From assembly GCA_963748605.1 (NCBI GenBank), contig CAVVJS010000011.1, positions 17,963 to 81,962 of the forward strand: DNA of 64,000 nucleotides, written 5' to 3'. The notes under the pieces are model-generated. The model was not told where the DNA came from, did no database searches, and saw nothing but the letters and a program-made list of their open reading frames with translations. The DNA is from Pyrinomonadaceae bacterium (GTDB lineage: Bacteria; Acidobacteriota; Blastocatellia; Pyrinomonadales; Pyrinomonadaceae). The position numbers were made by a program, and so were the translations under genes. Shown in pieces: positions 49,501 to 58,458 of this stretch (positions are counted from its first letter, which is position 1; each line of letters starts with the position of its first letter).

Positions 49501-49559
49501 ACTAGTTGCGACCGTTTGTAGAGCGGAGGCCAGGTAATCCTGACCTCCGCTTCTTCGGT

Positions 49560-51621
49560 TCAGCGTTTCGGAGTTCGTTCCGTCACGATATTCGAGTATG
49601 CCGAATTTCCTGCGGCATTAAATGCTCGTACTCGATACCGGTAACGCGTATTCCCGGTGAGTCCCGTATCTGGATAGCTTGTGACATTCGGGCCAACTTG
49701 CGCGATTTGTCCAAAGTTGGTGCAGTTCTGACCCGTGCAACGCTCTATCCTGAACCCGTCTTCATTTCCGGAATTATCCGTCCACGACAAGTTTATTTGA
49801 GTCGGCGACACAGCTGTTGCCGTCAAATTACTTGGCGCGTTCGGAACCGCCGGAGGAGTTGGTGTTGGTGTTGGAGTTGGCGTCGGTGTCGGCGTCGGTG
49901 TCGGCGTTGGTGTCGGCGTTGGTGTCGGCGTGGGGGTAGGTGAACCTCCACAACCCGGGAACCTGAATGAACCGATGCGCGTCCGCCAACTGAAACTTGT
50001 AGTCGTAGCGTAATACTCCTGTGTGTACCAGAAAGTGCAGTCGTCGACGGGGTCGATGGTCATATCGCTATAGTCGCCCCACCGTCCATTCGTGCCGATT
50101 TGGCTGCCGGTTCCGGCAAACAATGTGACCTCCGCTTGTGGCAGCGTGTTTGCCGGATCGCCTGCCAACCTTCCGGCATAGCGAATCTGCGGATTAATGG
50201 AGCTGCTCGAAGCGCTGTACCCGATCGCAATGTTCCCCTGCTGATCCATCGCGGCCCCGCCCATCCAGCGGTGGGTTGTATCGGGTTGATAGGTGCCCTG
50301 CTGTGCGACGGTCACCGGCCCGCTCGTTACGTTGCGTAATTCAAACCAGCGAGGTGAGGCGATGCTATTAGAATTCACGGTGAAGTTACCGACAGTTGCT
50401 TCATGACCATCGCTGAAGAAACGAGTTGCGAGCCGGAACATCAAGCGGTCGCCAATCGGATCCAACAATGAGGAGGTTCCTAATTGGGGAATTCCTCCCG
50501 AGCGGACGGTGAAACCAGCGGAAGCTGGACTGGCAAAGAGGGTAAAAGTCGAGTTGAGTGGATTCGCAAAGTCGACGTGGAAGTGGAACACTCGGAAAGA
50601 ACCTCCTCCGGGGAACTCGACGAATGATGCTGGCGCTCCCCCAGGCGGCAGAATCGATCCATCTAAGTCGGCGGGAAGATAGGTTTCTTCAAGTGGCCCT
50701 CCCGTGATTCCTGTGGTAATGAAAGTGGCCGGTTGGCCTATAAGCATCTTTGCCCGGTCAAACGCGAATGGCTGCGGGCCCAGAAACGCTGTACCCGTGG
50801 AGTTAAAGACATTCATAGCTCATGTAGTAGGCATCGGGCCACAGACCCAGGTGAGGATAGTCAAAGAAGTTCGACCCCAGGTGAAAGCCATAGCGGTGGT
50901 AGCTGCCGGCTGCGTCGCTGGTGGTCGACACGGCTACACACTCGTCAGTCGGTATGCTGACGCCAGCGAATTGACTGATAACCCAGCGGTTGGCCAACTG
51001 ATCGTAAAGCACCACCGGATCGCCCGAGCCTGCAGTTTCGCAAGGCCCACCGAAACCGGTCCAAATCGATTGGATACCCACGGGTCCATATACCGAAGCG
51101 CCAGTGGTCTTGTTGAATACCTGAAATCCTTCGTTGACGATTTGCACGTACTGCGTTGCGCCCACTTCGCCATTCGTATCGGGAGGCGCGCAATTGCAGC
51201 CCACGCCGGGGAAGGCAATGCCGTTAAAGTTAAGAATCGGGCTCGGCATATTCGGGGTCACGAGGCTCGTCAACGCATGGAACGTGCTTTGGACTACCGG
51301 GTCTTCAGTGTCTTTATGATTGTTGGGTAATTTGCGCCGCGGCTTGGCTTCTCGCTCGGCACTAATTACCGGAGGAGGAAGCTTCATATGGCGCAATTCC
51401 TTTGAAGTGTCATTGTGGTAAGAGTGAACGACCTTGATGTCGAACTTCTGATCCTTTTGGTCCTGGGGCGCGTTTACAACTGGCTGTACATCAGCAATGA
51501 GTTTCGCTGGCGCGCGCAGGGCCGGAAAACGATCAGCTTGAGTGATTTGAGGAAGCACTACTATCGAGACTAGTAGCAAACTCGAGGCAATTGCGATGAG
51601 CAATCTAGCCGGCCTTTTCAT
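49560..51621 (-). CDS. Secreted protein with (Thr-Pro)n linker and C-terminal fibronectin type III domain, split by an apparent 1-nt indel near 50810
   Basis: ORF 50803..51621 supplies the signal peptide (MKRPARLLIAIASSLLLVSIVVL) and ends ..PDAYYMSYECL*. ORF 49560..50816 starts MNVFNSTG in the adjacent frame. C-terminal FN3-like PSNLTATAVSPTQINLSWTDNSGNEDGFRIER. Confidence 0.78.
49857..49940 (-). repeat. In-frame hexanucleotide microsatellite encoding about 14 Thr-Pro repeats
   Basis: (ggtgtcggcgtt)-type repeats on the plus strand, translated on the minus strand as PTPTPTPT... Confidence 0.9.
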
Positions 51622-51870
51622 TTATTGTCCTCCGGTTGATAAAGAACTCGCACGGGTATGAGAAACGCAGGCTGACATGGGCCAACGCGTAGAGCACGCC
51701 TGCGCAGTTTCGATGGTTGGAGTCGGGTTTTGTTAAAGTGCGCAGGGACGCTACCACAAGCAGGAGAAGCACAGCAATACAACTATTAGGGTGTAATTGT
51801 CCTAATTTTGTTGTGGCGGCCTACTTCCTGACGGTCTCAGTAAGGGGAACTGACGAGTTAGCGCTTTTTA

Positions 51871-53130
51871 TTACACGCTCCTGCCCCTCAGTACTTCGTC
51901 CAAACGCCGGCCGAGAAACCGGCGTTCACTGTCGTTGGTCACCAGTTCCAATGCGCGTTTGTAACTCTCAGCCGCATCTTTATGGGAACCCAGCCGGCGC
52001 AGCAGGTCCGCACGCGTAGCGTGCAGTAGATGATACTGATCAAGATTTCCGTCCGCCGACAGCTCATCAATTAACTTAAGCGCTGCTGCAGGTCCGTCAA
52101 CCATCGCCACCGCTACTGCACGATTCAGCGAAACTATTGAAGACGGTTGTACGCGGGCGAGCAGGTCATAAAGGGCGACTATCTCCGGCCAATCCGTTTC
52201 ATCCGCGTGACGCGCCCGACAATGTACGGCAGCAATCGCCGCCTGAATCGCGAAAGGGCCGGCAGCATTCGTCAAAGCCTCAGCTACAAGTGGGAGTGCT
52301 TGTTCGATCTGTTCCTGGTTCCACAAACTGCGATCCTGATCCTCAAGAATGATCAAATCACCTGCAGCATCGAAGCGGGCGTTGCGACGTGAATCGTGCA
52401 GCAACATTAGAGCGAGCAGTGCCGTTGCTTCGCTGGGAGGCTGTGGCGCCATCAGCGTCCTGATCAGTCGGCCCAGGCGGATGGCTTCCACGCAAAGATC
52501 AGTTCTGACGAGAGCGGTTCCTTGAGTAGCAACGTAGCCTTCATTGAAGACCAGATAAATCACGGTTAACACTGCGTCAAGGCGCTCGGGAAGCTCATTC
52601 GTATCCGGCACTGTATAAGGAATGCCGGCATCTCGTATTTTGCGCTTGGCCCGCACCAGCCGCTGCGCCATGGTTGTAGTGGGAACCAGAAAGGCGCGCG
52701 CAATCTCGTCTGTTTCGAGTCCGCCGAGTGTGCGAAGCGTTAAGGCGACCTGGGCCTCCAGGGCCAGCGCCGGGTGGCAGCAACTAAAAATCAGACGCAA
52801 GCGATCATCAGGAATTTCCTCGGAATCGTAATCAGGATTTTCTACAGTCTCGACCAACCCTGAAGCTACGTACGATTCGAGTTTTTCTTTGATTCGTGTC
52901 TGTCGCCGAAGGCGGTCAATTGCTTTGTGGCGAGCTGTTTGAATGATCCAGGCGCGCGGGTATTCGGGAATTCCGTCCTTTCGCCATTGATCGACGGCTG
53001 AAGTGAAAGCCTCCTGAGCGGATTCTTCGGCCACATCAAAATCGCCAAATTGTCGAATCAGAGTGGCAACAATTAGGCCCCAATCCGAGTGATACACTGC
53101 ATCAACAGCAGCGTTGGCATTGGCGAGCAT
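51871..53130 (-). CDS. ECF-like sigma-70 family factor with long C-terminal extension (the type found next to YciI/DGPF genes)
   Basis: 419 aa. Region 2 (AEESAQEAFTSAVDQW; PRAWIIQTARHKAIDRLRR), region 4 (LRTLGGLETDEIARAFLVPTTTMAQRLVRAKRKI), and a ~200-aa TPR-like tail. Confidence 0.9.
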   Translation of the reverse strand: MLANANAAVDAVYHSDWGLIVATLIRQFGDFDVAEESAQEAFTSAVDQWRKDGIPEYPRAWIIQTARHKAIDRLRRQTRIKEKLESYVASGLVETVENPDYDSEEIPDDRLRLIFSCCHPALALEAQVALTLRTLGGLETDEIARAFLVPTTTMAQRLVRAKRKIRDAGIPYTVPDTNELPERLDAVLTVIYLVFNEGYVATQGTALVRTDLCVEAIRLGRLIRTLMAPQPPSEATALLALMLLHDSRRNARFDAAGDLIILEDQDRSLWNQEQIEQALPLVAEALTNAAGPFAIQAAIAAVHCRARHADETDWPEIVALYDLLARVQPSSIVSLNRAVAVAMVDGPAAALKLIDELSADGNLDQYHLLHATRADLLRRLGSHKDAAESYKRALELVTNDSERRFLGRRLDEVLRGRSV

Positions 53131-53207
53131 TTTTCAATGATAAAAACTTTGAGGCTAAGTGTCGATCTGGCCATAGACCGTTCGATTAACAGGTGGAGGC
53201 ACACAAA

Positions 53208-53567
53208 ATGAAATACATGTTGCTGATCTACCACGATGAACAGGTCTGGAGTAATCATTCCGAGCAGGAACGCCAGAAAATCTATGGTGAGTATCGCCAG
53301 TTAATCGATGAACTGCGCTCGCGTGGGCAATATTTGGCAGGCGATGAGTTACAAGTGACCTCCACTGCCAAAAGCGTCCGCGTCCGGGATGGCAAACAGA
53401 TATTGACGGATGGACCTTTTGCCGAGACTCGCGAGCAAGTCGGTGGGTTTTTCATGATCGAAGCTACCGATTTGCAGGAAGCAACCAGGATCGCGGCGCG
53501 TATTCCATCAGCTCGCACGGGCATCATAGAAGTTCGACCCGTAGTGAATGAGGGACAGAGCCAGTAG
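53208..53567 (+). CDS. YciI-family (DGPF domain) protein 1
   Basis: MKYMLLIY start and DGPFAETREQVGGFFMIEA motif. GGTGGAGG Shine-Dalgarno upstream. Confidence 0.9.
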   Translation: MKYMLLIYHDEQVWSNHSEQERQKIYGEYRQLIDELRSRGQYLAGDELQVTSTAKSVRVRDGKQILTDGPFAETREQVGGFFMIEATDLQEATRIAARIPSARTGIIEVRPVVNEGQSQ

Positions 53568-53642
53568 CGATAGACCGGTTGCTACGATCAGCCACCAAAC
53601 TCAGTCCAACTGAGGCGAGTGAATTCGAGCGGGGAGATTCAA

Positions 53643-53996
53643 ATGAAATACATGTTACTGGTTTATCTCGATGAACAGGCGCTGAGCGACGACGAACGGC
53701 AACATTGTTACGTCGAGTCAGCCCAGTTGGCGCGAGACCTGAATACAAGCAAACAGTTTCTCGATGCCAGCCCGCTGCATCCGGTAGCGACGGCGACAAG
53801 CGTGCGCGTGCGTGAAGGGAAGCGCCTGATCACGGATGGCCCATTCGCGGAGACACGCGAACAACTTGGCGGCTATTACGTGATCGAGGCGAAAAACCTT
53901 GATGAAGCGATCGCCGTCGCTGAGAGAGTACCCCCGGCAAAGTTCGGCACCATCGAAATCAGACCGGTGATGGAGATTGAAGGCCTGCCGGCATGA
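53643..53996 (+). CDS. YciI-family (DGPF domain) protein 2
   Basis: MKYMLLVY start (ATG 53643, GGGGAG upstream). DGPFAETREQLGGYYVIEA. Confidence 0.9.
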   Translation: MKYMLLVYLDEQALSDDERQHCYVESAQLARDLNTSKQFLDASPLHPVATATSVRVREGKRLITDGPFAETREQLGGYYVIEAKNLDEAIAVAERVPPAKFGTIEIRPVMEIEGLPA

Positions 53997-54083
53997 TTGA
54001 CGATTGCCGATTGCCGATTGCCGATTGCCAATTGCTGATTCGCTATCAAACGCGATTTCAGATTTACGATTTACTATTCACGA
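53996..54083. repeat. Solo short-period arms of two flavours (GCCGATT, then CGATTTACGATT) with no inverted partner nearby
   Basis: tgattgacgattgccgattgccgattgccgattgccaattgctgattcg ... cagatttacgatttactattcacga. Confidence 0.8.
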
Positions 54084-54099
54084 CTAAAAGGAGAACAAA

Positions 54100-54519
54100 A
54101 TGAGATTCATGGTCATAGTAAAAGCCAACGCAGAATCGGAAGCCGGCGAAATGCCGACGAAAGAAATGCTGACCGAAATGGGCAACTACAACGAAGAGCT
54201 CGTAAAGGCGGGTGTGATGCAAGCGGGTGAAGGACTTCAGCCGAGCTCAAAAGGCACACGCATAAAGTTCGATGGCGCCAAGCGAACGGTTACAGACGGA
54301 CCCTTTGCGGAGACTAAAGAACTGATTGCCGGCTACTGGATGTGGCAGGTGAAGTCAAAGGAAGAAGCCATTGAATGGCTCAAGCGCGCTCCTTTCAAAG
54401 ATGGCGAAGTGGTTGAGCTTCGCCAGGTGTTTGAAATGGATGACTTCGGCGATGAATTCACTCCAGAGCTTCGGGAACAAGAAGAACGAATCCGCAAACA
54501 AGCTGCTGGGAAGTCGTAA
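54100..54519 (+). CDS. YciI-family (DGPF domain) protein 3
   Basis: MRFMVIVK start. DGPFAETKELIAGYWMWQV. AAGGAG Shine-Dalgarno at 54089-54094. Confidence 0.9.
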   Translation: MRFMVIVKANAESEAGEMPTKEMLTEMGNYNEELVKAGVMQAGEGLQPSSKGTRIKFDGAKRTVTDGPFAETKELIAGYWMWQVKSKEEAIEWLKRAPFKDGEVVELRQVFEMDDFGDEFTPELREQEERIRKQAAGKS

Positions 54520-54554
54520 CGCCAGCAAGTGGGACGCGTTAAGGAAAAGCATGA

Positions 54555-54640
54555 TGCGGCTTTGCCGCTTTCCGTGCGGTGAGGCTTGCCTCACCGGCCC
54601 GACCTTTCATTATTTCTTCGCGAGGCTCAGCCTCGCGAAA
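54555..54640. repeat. Second copy of the 'H' palindromic modules
   Basis: gcggctttgccgc, ccgtgcggtgaggcttgcctcaccgg (54572-54597), ttcgcgaggctcagcctcgcgaa (54617-54639). Confidence 0.82.
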
Positions 54641-54768
54641 ATTCCAAAACAAGAGTTGGACGGTAAGCCGGGAAATCGAAAGGTCAACCAACTGTCTAAT
54701 GGCTATGAGCTGCTGCGCGGCTGATTGAGTCGCGCAGAAACAAACTCCCATATCAAAGGGAAGGCTAA

Positions 54769-55911
54769 ATGAAAAGTCTGGCTTTTCTCCTTGCTCTAAT
54801 AATGTTTGGAGCGGCGTATGCGCCTCAGAATGCGGTCGATGTTAACTCACAGAATCCCGATAGCATCAGGGTTGGCGTTTTCTTGTCATTGACTGGCGCC
54901 ACCGCCGCCTACGGCATCTCTGCTTTAAATGCCTTCAAACTCGCGACTGACGAAGTTAATGCTGCCGGCGGTATTTCGGGTCGGCAGGTTGAACTGATCA
55001 CTGAAGATGATCACTCCAACACCGGGGAAGTCGCCGGCATCGTCACGAAGCTAATTCAAAAGGACAAAGTCCACGCCTTGCTCGCCGAGCCGGTCAGCAC
55101 ACGGGCGATGGTTGCAGCTCCGCTTGCTCAGGAGCACAAGGTGGTGATGATTTCACCGGCTGCGGTCAAGCCCGAGTTGACCATGCAAGGCGACTACATC
55201 TTTCGTGCTTGCTTCACAAGCCCGGTGGAGGGCGAGGCGATCGCCCAGTTTGCGGCCAGGAAACTAAAGGCCAAACGCGCAGCGATCATTCTGGATGGAA
55301 AGAATGATTACGCGGTGGTGTTGTCCGGATTCTTCAGCGAGTATTTCAGGAAGCTCGGCGGTGAGATCATAAATCAACAACACTATGAAGCGAGTGATAA
55401 AGACGTCGCCGCGCAGATCAATGCAATCAAAGCTGCCAAACCTGACGTCATTTTTGCGCCCGGTTTTTATTCGACCGCGGCAATGGTGGCGAGTGAGGTT
55501 AAACGCCAGGGCATCACGGCAAAACTAATTGGAAGCGACGGGTGGGATTCACCCAGTCTTCTTGAGGGCGCGGGAGACGCCTTTGATGGAGTTTACTTCG
55601 CTAACCACTTCTGGGTTGGGAGTGACAATTCTCTGGTCCGTAAATTTGTCGCAAACTACAAAACGAAGTTTGGTGTGGTCCCGGATGCGGGAGCGGCAAC
55701 CGCTTACGATGCCGCGCGTCTGTTGTTCGACGCGATCAAACGCGCTAACTCAACCGACTCACCTGCTATTCGCGATGCCCTCGCAAAGACTTCGAACTTT
55801 CCTGGTGTGACTGGCCGCATCACCCTCGATGCCAATCGGAATGCGCTCGTGCCGGTTTATATGCTGCAGATCGGGAAGGGCGGAAAGTTTTCGCTAGTCG
55901 GCGGTCATTAG
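54769..55911 (+). CDS. ABC transporter substrate-binding protein (LivJ/branched-chain amino acid type, Peripla_BP_6)
   Basis: 380 aa. Signal peptide MKSLAFLLALIMFGAAYA. IRVGVFLSLTGATAAYG and FRACFTSP are typical for the family. No permease or ATPase genes are adjacent. Confidence 0.9.
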   Translation: MKSLAFLLALIMFGAAYAPQNAVDVNSQNPDSIRVGVFLSLTGATAAYGISALNAFKLATDEVNAAGGISGRQVELITEDDHSNTGEVAGIVTKLIQKDKVHALLAEPVSTRAMVAAPLAQEHKVVMISPAAVKPELTMQGDYIFRACFTSPVEGEAIAQFAARKLKAKRAAIILDGKNDYAVVLSGFFSEYFRKLGGEIINQQHYEASDKDVAAQINAIKAAKPDVIFAPGFYSTAAMVASEVKRQGITAKLIGSDGWDSPSLLEGAGDAFDGVYFANHFWVGSDNSLVRKFVANYKTKFGVVPDAGAATAYDAARLLFDAIKRANSTDSPAIRDALAKTSNFPGVTGRITLDANRNALVPVYMLQIGKGGKFSLVGGH

Positions 55912-55937
55912 ACGGGGCAGTCCTCACACTACGAGTG

Positions 55938-56690
55938 TCAACCGGCGATTCTCATGTGTTGCGTTAAGCGTAACGGCTCTCGCAGAGTGATCGATTGAAA
56001 CGTTGAGGCGTCTTGTGTCATGCGGGCGTTGTTAAAGAATACGTAAGGCGTCTGACTTCCCGGCGGTCCTTGCGCCAACATACCCGCCAAATCACGCAAT
56101 TCACTTTCTTCATACTCATAACGCCAACCATTTTTGCCGTGTAGCCGGAAATAGATACGAGCCGGCGTTACGCTCTTTACTTTGAAGGGATCCACTGCAT
56201 GCCCTAGCTTTAGGTTCTTGCAAATCGCTTTTATGACCTTAGGATCCCAATCACCACGCGGCTCCCAACAGAAACTATACCGATTGTCGCGATTCTCGCG
56301 ACGGTTAAGGTTCCCAAAAAACTTTTCGAGGTTTGAAAGATTCTCTGCCGTTTGTTTAAAGCTGGCTGGACACTGAAACAGAATCGTTCTCGCCTTCAAG
56401 GCTTTTGCGCAGGCGAGTGTGACTTCCCAGGCCTCCTTCACGATTGCCGTGTCACGAAAGTATCCGGCTTCCTCCTTTTCCTGTTCGGACAATTCCCTCT
56501 TCAGGCGGCGATAGGTAGGACTCTTGCTGTCGTGAGTTATGAGCTGCCAGGCTTTTAGGACGAACTCAAAATCAGGAGGTGCAGCTGCACGCCAGCGTTC
56601 AAGCGTAGAGAGTTTAGGTGGCTGGTAAAAGGTGTGCTGAACTTCTACGCACGGAAAAGCCCGAAAATAGTCAGGCTTGAGCGATGCCAA
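55938..56690 (-). CDS. DUF72 domain protein
   Basis: 250 aa. FPCVEVQHTFYQPP, and FEFVLKAWQLITH patterns typical of DUF72. Confidence 0.88.
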   Translation of the reverse strand: MASLKPDYFRAFPCVEVQHTFYQPPKLSTLERWRAAAPPDFEFVLKAWQLITHDSKSPTYRRLKRELSEQEKEEAGYFRDTAIVKEAWEVTLACAKALKARTILFQCPASFKQTAENLSNLEKFFGNLNRRENRDNRYSFCWEPRGDWDPKVIKAICKNLKLGHAVDPFKVKSVTPARIYFRLHGKNGWRYEYEESELRDLAGMLAQGPPGSQTPYVFFNNARMTQDASTFQSITLREPLRLTQHMRIAG

Positions 56691-56718
56691 AACCCGAGGT
56701 GCCGATGAGCAGCTTCAT

Positions 56719-57351
56719 CTACTTTCGTAGTTCCGAGTTTCGAGTTTCGAGTTCCGAGTTCTGAGTTGCGAGTGCCAAGTTCCGAGTCGGTACAGTACGG
56801 GAGCGGTAGCGACTGCCTTCAAGTAGCTTGTAGCTCAAGATAGGGCCCGGATTTTGAGTTGCGCCAAGGTCCGAACCCGGATTCAAGCGTTCAGTTGAAG
56901 CGGTCGCTACCGCTCCCGTACTGTACCGAGTGGACTCCAAACCCGAAACCCGAAACCTATTCAATAGTACGCCGCGATGCATGGCAATGCCGCGCGCTTT
57001 CATGACAACGTCGTCATCGATCAGTTGTTGGGCGGCGCTCCAACCTGCTACCTCTTCCACCGGGCGTCCAAGGGCAACGGCAAGTTTCTCATCGCTGGCG
57101 TCGAAGGCCCGATCACGTAAGTTGAGAAGCATGCGCGCAGCTTCTTCCTGGCCCGTGCCGCGATCATCGACGATGTGCTCGGGCCGTTCAGGTCTCCGGG
57201 CCCGACCGCTCAGCGCCTTAGAAATTAGGTATGCGAGAGCGGAACCCAAACCAATGCCGGCGGCGACGATACCAACTCGAACACCAAGCCGGCGTAACGA
57301 TCTTCCTTTAATAGCGGGCTGATGGTTTTGCTCATCAGTTTCGTAATTCAT
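56719..57351 (-). CDS. Small membrane-anchored hypothetical protein whose ORF runs on through a REPIN
   Basis: N-terminal TM (VGIVAAGIGLGSALAYLI) and a ~80-aa unique domain ending near MKARGIAMHRGV. The remaining ~75 codons translate short-period arrays and REPIN 56784-56933 ([23 protein letters not shown]). Confidence 0.55.
   Translation of the reverse strand: MNYETDEQNHQPAIKGRSLRRLGVRVGIVAAGIGLGSALAYLISKALSGRARRPERPEHIVDDRGTGQEEAARMLLNLRDRAFDASDEKLAVALGRPVEEVAGWSAAQQLIDDDVVMKARGIAMHRGVLLNRFRVSGLESTRYSTGAVATASTERLNPGSDLGATQNPGPILSYKLLEGSRYRSRTVPTRNLALATQNSELETRNSELRK
56784..56933 (-). mobile_element. REPIN/MITE copy R1 (inverted REP-A termini plus conserved ~85-bp core), flipped relative to R2 and R3
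   Basis: gagtcggtacagtacgggagcggtagcgactgc faces gcggtcgctaccgctcccgtactgtaccgagtgg. The core is the reverse complement of the R2/R3 cores. Confidence 0.88.
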
Positions 57352-57423
57352 CTTTAAATCTCCTCTACCTCGAAGTTCCGAGTTTCGCGTTCCGAGTTTC
57401 GTCCGAGTTCCGAGTTTTTGGGA

Positions 57424-57576
57424 CCACTCGGTACGGTACGGGAGCGATAGCGACCGCCTTCAACTGAAAGCGTGAATCCGGCTTCAGCCCTTGGCGCAAC
57501 TTAAGATGCGGGCCCCTGTCTTGATCAATCAGCTACTTGAATGCGGTCGCTACCGCTCCCGTGCTGTACCGAGTCG
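57424..57576 (+). mobile_element. REPIN/MITE copy R2
   Basis: ccactcggtacggtacgggagcgatagcgaccgc faces gcggtcgctaccgctcccgtgctgtaccgagtcg. The core starts cttcaactgaaagcgtgaatccgg. Confidence 0.88.
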
Positions 57577-57793
57577 ACTCGAAAACTTCGAAACTCGAAC
57601 TCAAACTCGGAACTCCGCCTTTGTCATACTGTCATGAAAACGTCCACTTAGTTCCAGCGTCATAGCAAAAAGAACCGGCTCCGTACGATTTTCAAATTCT
57701 CCGGCAGGGGATGGCACTAAAGCAAACGGAGTTCCCGTTCAGGTACCGGGTTTCGGGTTCGAGTTCCGAGTTCCAAGTTCCGAGTTTTCGAGA

Positions 57794-57939
57794 CCACTCG
57801 GTACAGTACGGGAGCGGTAGCGACCGCCTTCAACTGAAAGCGTTAATGCGGGTTCAGACCTTGGCGCAACTTGAAATAGATCCGGTCTTGATCAATCTAT
57901 TGAATGCGTCGCTAACCGCTCCCGTACTGTACCGAGTGG
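57794..57939 (+). mobile_element. REPIN/MITE copy R3
   Basis: ccactcggtacagtacgggagcggtagcgaccgc faces gcgtcgctaaccgctcccgtactgtaccgagtgg. The core starts cttcaactgaaagcgttaatgcgg. Confidence 0.88.
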
Positions 57940-58151
57940 ACTCGAAACTACCGCTGAACCCGATACTGAAACCTGAAGCTGGAAACTCCAAACCCGGAAC
58001 CCGAAACCCGAAACCTGACGGAACTGGACCGTATTGCATGGAGCTCACACATTCAATTAAAGTGTTCGTCTTCTTGTTCGCACAAGGTGGATTCAAGTTT
58101 GAAGTGCAACTGGGCGTCCAAATCAGTGATCGACGGAATGTCACCGAGCCC

Positions 58152-58389
58152 AGCGCCGAAGGCGCGAAATAAGGTAGCCAGGGGCAAGTGCTGAGCGCAG
58201 CGAAGCACGTCGCCCCTGGTGCTGATCATTTAAGTGTTGAGCTCTGAAAGAGCGACATAGCATTCAGACGCAGCAGTCTTATGTTGCACTTTCAGTGCTC
58301 ACGGTTCTTCTCTAACGAGATCCAGGGGCGACGTGCTTCGCTGCGCTCAGCACTTGCCCCTGGCTACCTCATTTCGCGCCTTCGGCGCT
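58152..58389. repeat. Long inverted repeat 'F' (68-nt arms, each itself a CCAGGGGC..GCCCCTGG hairpin)
   Basis: agcgccgaaggcgcgaaataaggtagccaggggcaagtgctgagcgcagcgaagcacgtcgcccctgg at 58152-58219 is nearly the exact reverse complement of 58322-58389. The core is 102 bp, 70 bp upstream of the kinase ATG. Confidence 0.9.
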
Positions 58390-58458
58390 CAGGTAACAGC
58401 GCGCTGTTGAGTTGCACTTCTGAGTTGAATCCACCCAACAACTTTAGCGTTTACGAGC

